From: Octopus vulgaris
Taxonomy: Eukaryota
Direction of reading: 5' to 3'
NCBI GenBank assembly: GCA_951406725.2
Contig: OX597834.1
Location: forward strand, 33,976,001-34,040,000
DNA length: 64,000 bases
Numbering within the stretch: position 1 is the stretch's first letter; each line of letters begins with the position of its first letter. The notes under the pieces are model-generated. The model saw only the letters and a program-made list of their open reading frames with translations, searched no databases and was not told the origin of the DNA. A program made the position numbers and the translations under genes. Below are positions 61,841 to 64,000 of the stretch, piece by piece.

Positions 61841-63163
61841 CCTCTTGCGACACCTAGGACAACTGATCGACCCAGGTGATACAAACTGAGAGGACTTTGA
61901 GGTCGGTCCATTGGTCTGATGAAACAAATGTTTTGAAGTGTAATTAACTAAAGTGTGTGCGTGTCTTTGTATCTGTGTTTGTCTCCCACGTCACCGCTTA
62001 ACAACTGGTGTTGATGTGTTTACGGTCCCGTAACTTAGTCGTTCAGCAAGAGAGACCAACAGAATAAGTATTGGGCTTTAGCAATAAAATAAAACCTGGG
62101 GTTGATTTGTTCAACTAAAACCCTTCAAGGAGGTGCTCCACCATGGCCACAGTCAAATAACTGAAACAAGTAAAAGAGTAATATATATATATAGATATGT
62201 GTGTGTGTGTGTAATGATATATACTAGTATAATTAGCATATGCGCCCATGTTCTTTTTGGGGGTGGGGTACTCATGCTAACATGTATAAATCTCTGTGTT
62301 GAGTTACGTCCCTTAATATCCAATCTGTAACTTAACAGTTCAATAAATGGAAATCGTTAAAATAAGGTAAAGATAATAATCAATATGTTCAAAGGTTCAT
62401 TAAAAGAAATGCATAAGGCTGTCAAGGCAGTGCTCCAGCATGGACGTGATCCAATGACTGAAACCAGTAAAAGAAAAACTTCTCATGAAAAATAAAGACT
62501 TTAAATTAGAGAAAACGTATTTAATTTTGTTATATTTTTTTATGATTTCCGACAAGGATTGTAAGGGAGGTAACCCTGGATAGCTTCATTGCAACTGAGC
62601 TTCAATCTCTAAATGATTCCAAATGTTTCTTTTATTCGTTTCAGTAATTGACCTGAGGCCATACTGGAGCACCACTACCCCCCATGAAATTTTTTTTCTT
62701 TTATAAGGGTGTATAAGTAATTTAAATTGACCCTTCCAATGCCACCCTAACCAGTACTCAGCGCTGGATTAACCATTAAACAAAATGAGCATATACTTAG
62801 GGCATCAGGAGAAGGGAACACCACAGAAATGGTAAATGGTTTATGGCACAAAAGAAATCACTATACATTTGCTAAAATGATACTCCGTTAGCACGCTGGG
62901 AAAATGTTCAGCGGTATTTTGCTCATCTTTACATTCTAAGTTCAAACGCTGCTGAAGGCAGCAAGCTGGCAGAATTGTTAGCATGCAGACCAAAATACTG
63001 TTAAGCATTTCTCCTATCTTTACATTCTGAGTTCAAATTCCACCGAGGTCAACTTTACCTTTCATCCTTTTGGGGTCAATAAAATAAGTACTAGCTGAAC
63101 AGTGGGATCAATATAATCAACTTAACCCTCAATCAAAATTGCTGGCTTTTTACCAAGATGTAA

Positions 63164-63208
<45 letters not shown>

Positions 63209-63224
63209 CATTATTATAATTATA

Positions 63225-63642
63225 TACACTCAACGCATTAGACTGTTGGAAAAGAAAAGAATCCTAAAATTAAGCTATGACAAGTAGCCTTAGATGCCAA
63301 GAACCCTCTTAACCCTAATAACACTGTTTTCTGCAACTGTACTAAACTAGGTTTTATACCTATTTCCTTTATCCAGGCGGTGAGCTGGCAGAAATGTTAG
63401 CACACCGGGCGAAATGCTTAGTGGTATTTCGTCTGCCGTTACGTTCCGAGTTCAAATTCCGCCGAGGTCGACTTTGCCTTTCATCCTTCTGGGGTCAATA
63501 AATTAAGTACCAGTTACGCACTGGGGTCGATGTAATCAACTTAATCTGTTTGTCTGTCCTTGTTTGTCTCCTCTGTGTTTAGCCCCTTGTGGGTAGTAAA
63601 GAAATATATTTCCTTTATCCATCTGTTCAGATCTTTAGGGTA

Positions 63643-63645
<3 letters not shown>
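63225..63645 (-). pseudogene. RLE-LINE 3' end fragment in (TAA)n, split by a SINE
   Basis: Similar to 43728-43890 (CAAGTA.CCTTAGATGCCAA); minus strand LQKTVLLG; continues after the nested SINE. Confidence 0.7.
63376..63606 (+). mobile_element. Young family A SINE with an alternative 3' tail
   Basis: 15-bp TSD TATTTCCTTTATCCA at 63361-63375 and 63607-63621; CpGs largely intact. Confidence 0.92.
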
Positions 63646-63694
<49 letters not shown>

Positions 63695-64000
63695 CATCAA
63701 GGCAGTGATCTGGCAGAATTGTGATCATGCTGGACAAAATACTTAACCATGTTTTTTCTAGCTTTACAATCTGAGTTCAAAATGCCACCAGGGTGAACTT
63801 AGCCATTCATCCTTTTGCGGGGTCAATAAAAGAGGCACTAGTTGAGCAGTGGGGGGTGATGTAATTGACCACCCCTCTCCCCGATGAGCCAGAGGGCTGC
63901 ACCAAACTCCACCGTCTGCCTTGGCATGGTTTCTGCAGCTGAATGTCGAGGACAGAGCAAAAATGGGTCTAAGCTGGAGGTTGAGGAGTAGCGGACAGAG

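Overview
Eukaryotic, AT-rich, repeat-dominated DNA with no recognisable intact host protein-coding gene. The SINE families and the very high microsatellite load look like an octopus (coleoid cephalopod) intron or intergenic region; this taxon call is inferred from repeat recognition. Almost all ORFs in the supplied track are microsatellite artefacts. Real content: (1) dozens of copies of about 5 SINE-like families, labelled A-E here; (2) decayed LINE fragments (RTE-like, CR1-like, and R4/Dong-like fragments with a restriction-like endonuclease sitting in (TAA)n tracts); (3) a DD37D/maT-type Tc1/mariner relic and several MITEs; (4) Penelope-like remnants and short (TA)n-embedded modules with type I hammerhead ribozyme folds: one essentially intact (55932-56004, minus), one with an intact core but weak stem I (47574-47668, plus) and four decayed; (5) short unique islands that may be regulatory or exonic, including a CpG-rich zone at about 34.3-38.8 kb. 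The best leads are the hammerhead modules, a SINE whose 5' part is a variable array of pseudoknot plus variable-loop hairpin monomers, near-identical inverted SINE pairs (candidate ADAR substrates), and a minisatellite made of repeated AG/GTAAG splice signals. All alignments and folds were done by eye; repeat boundaries are approximate (about 10-20 nt) unless a TSD or TIR is quoted.
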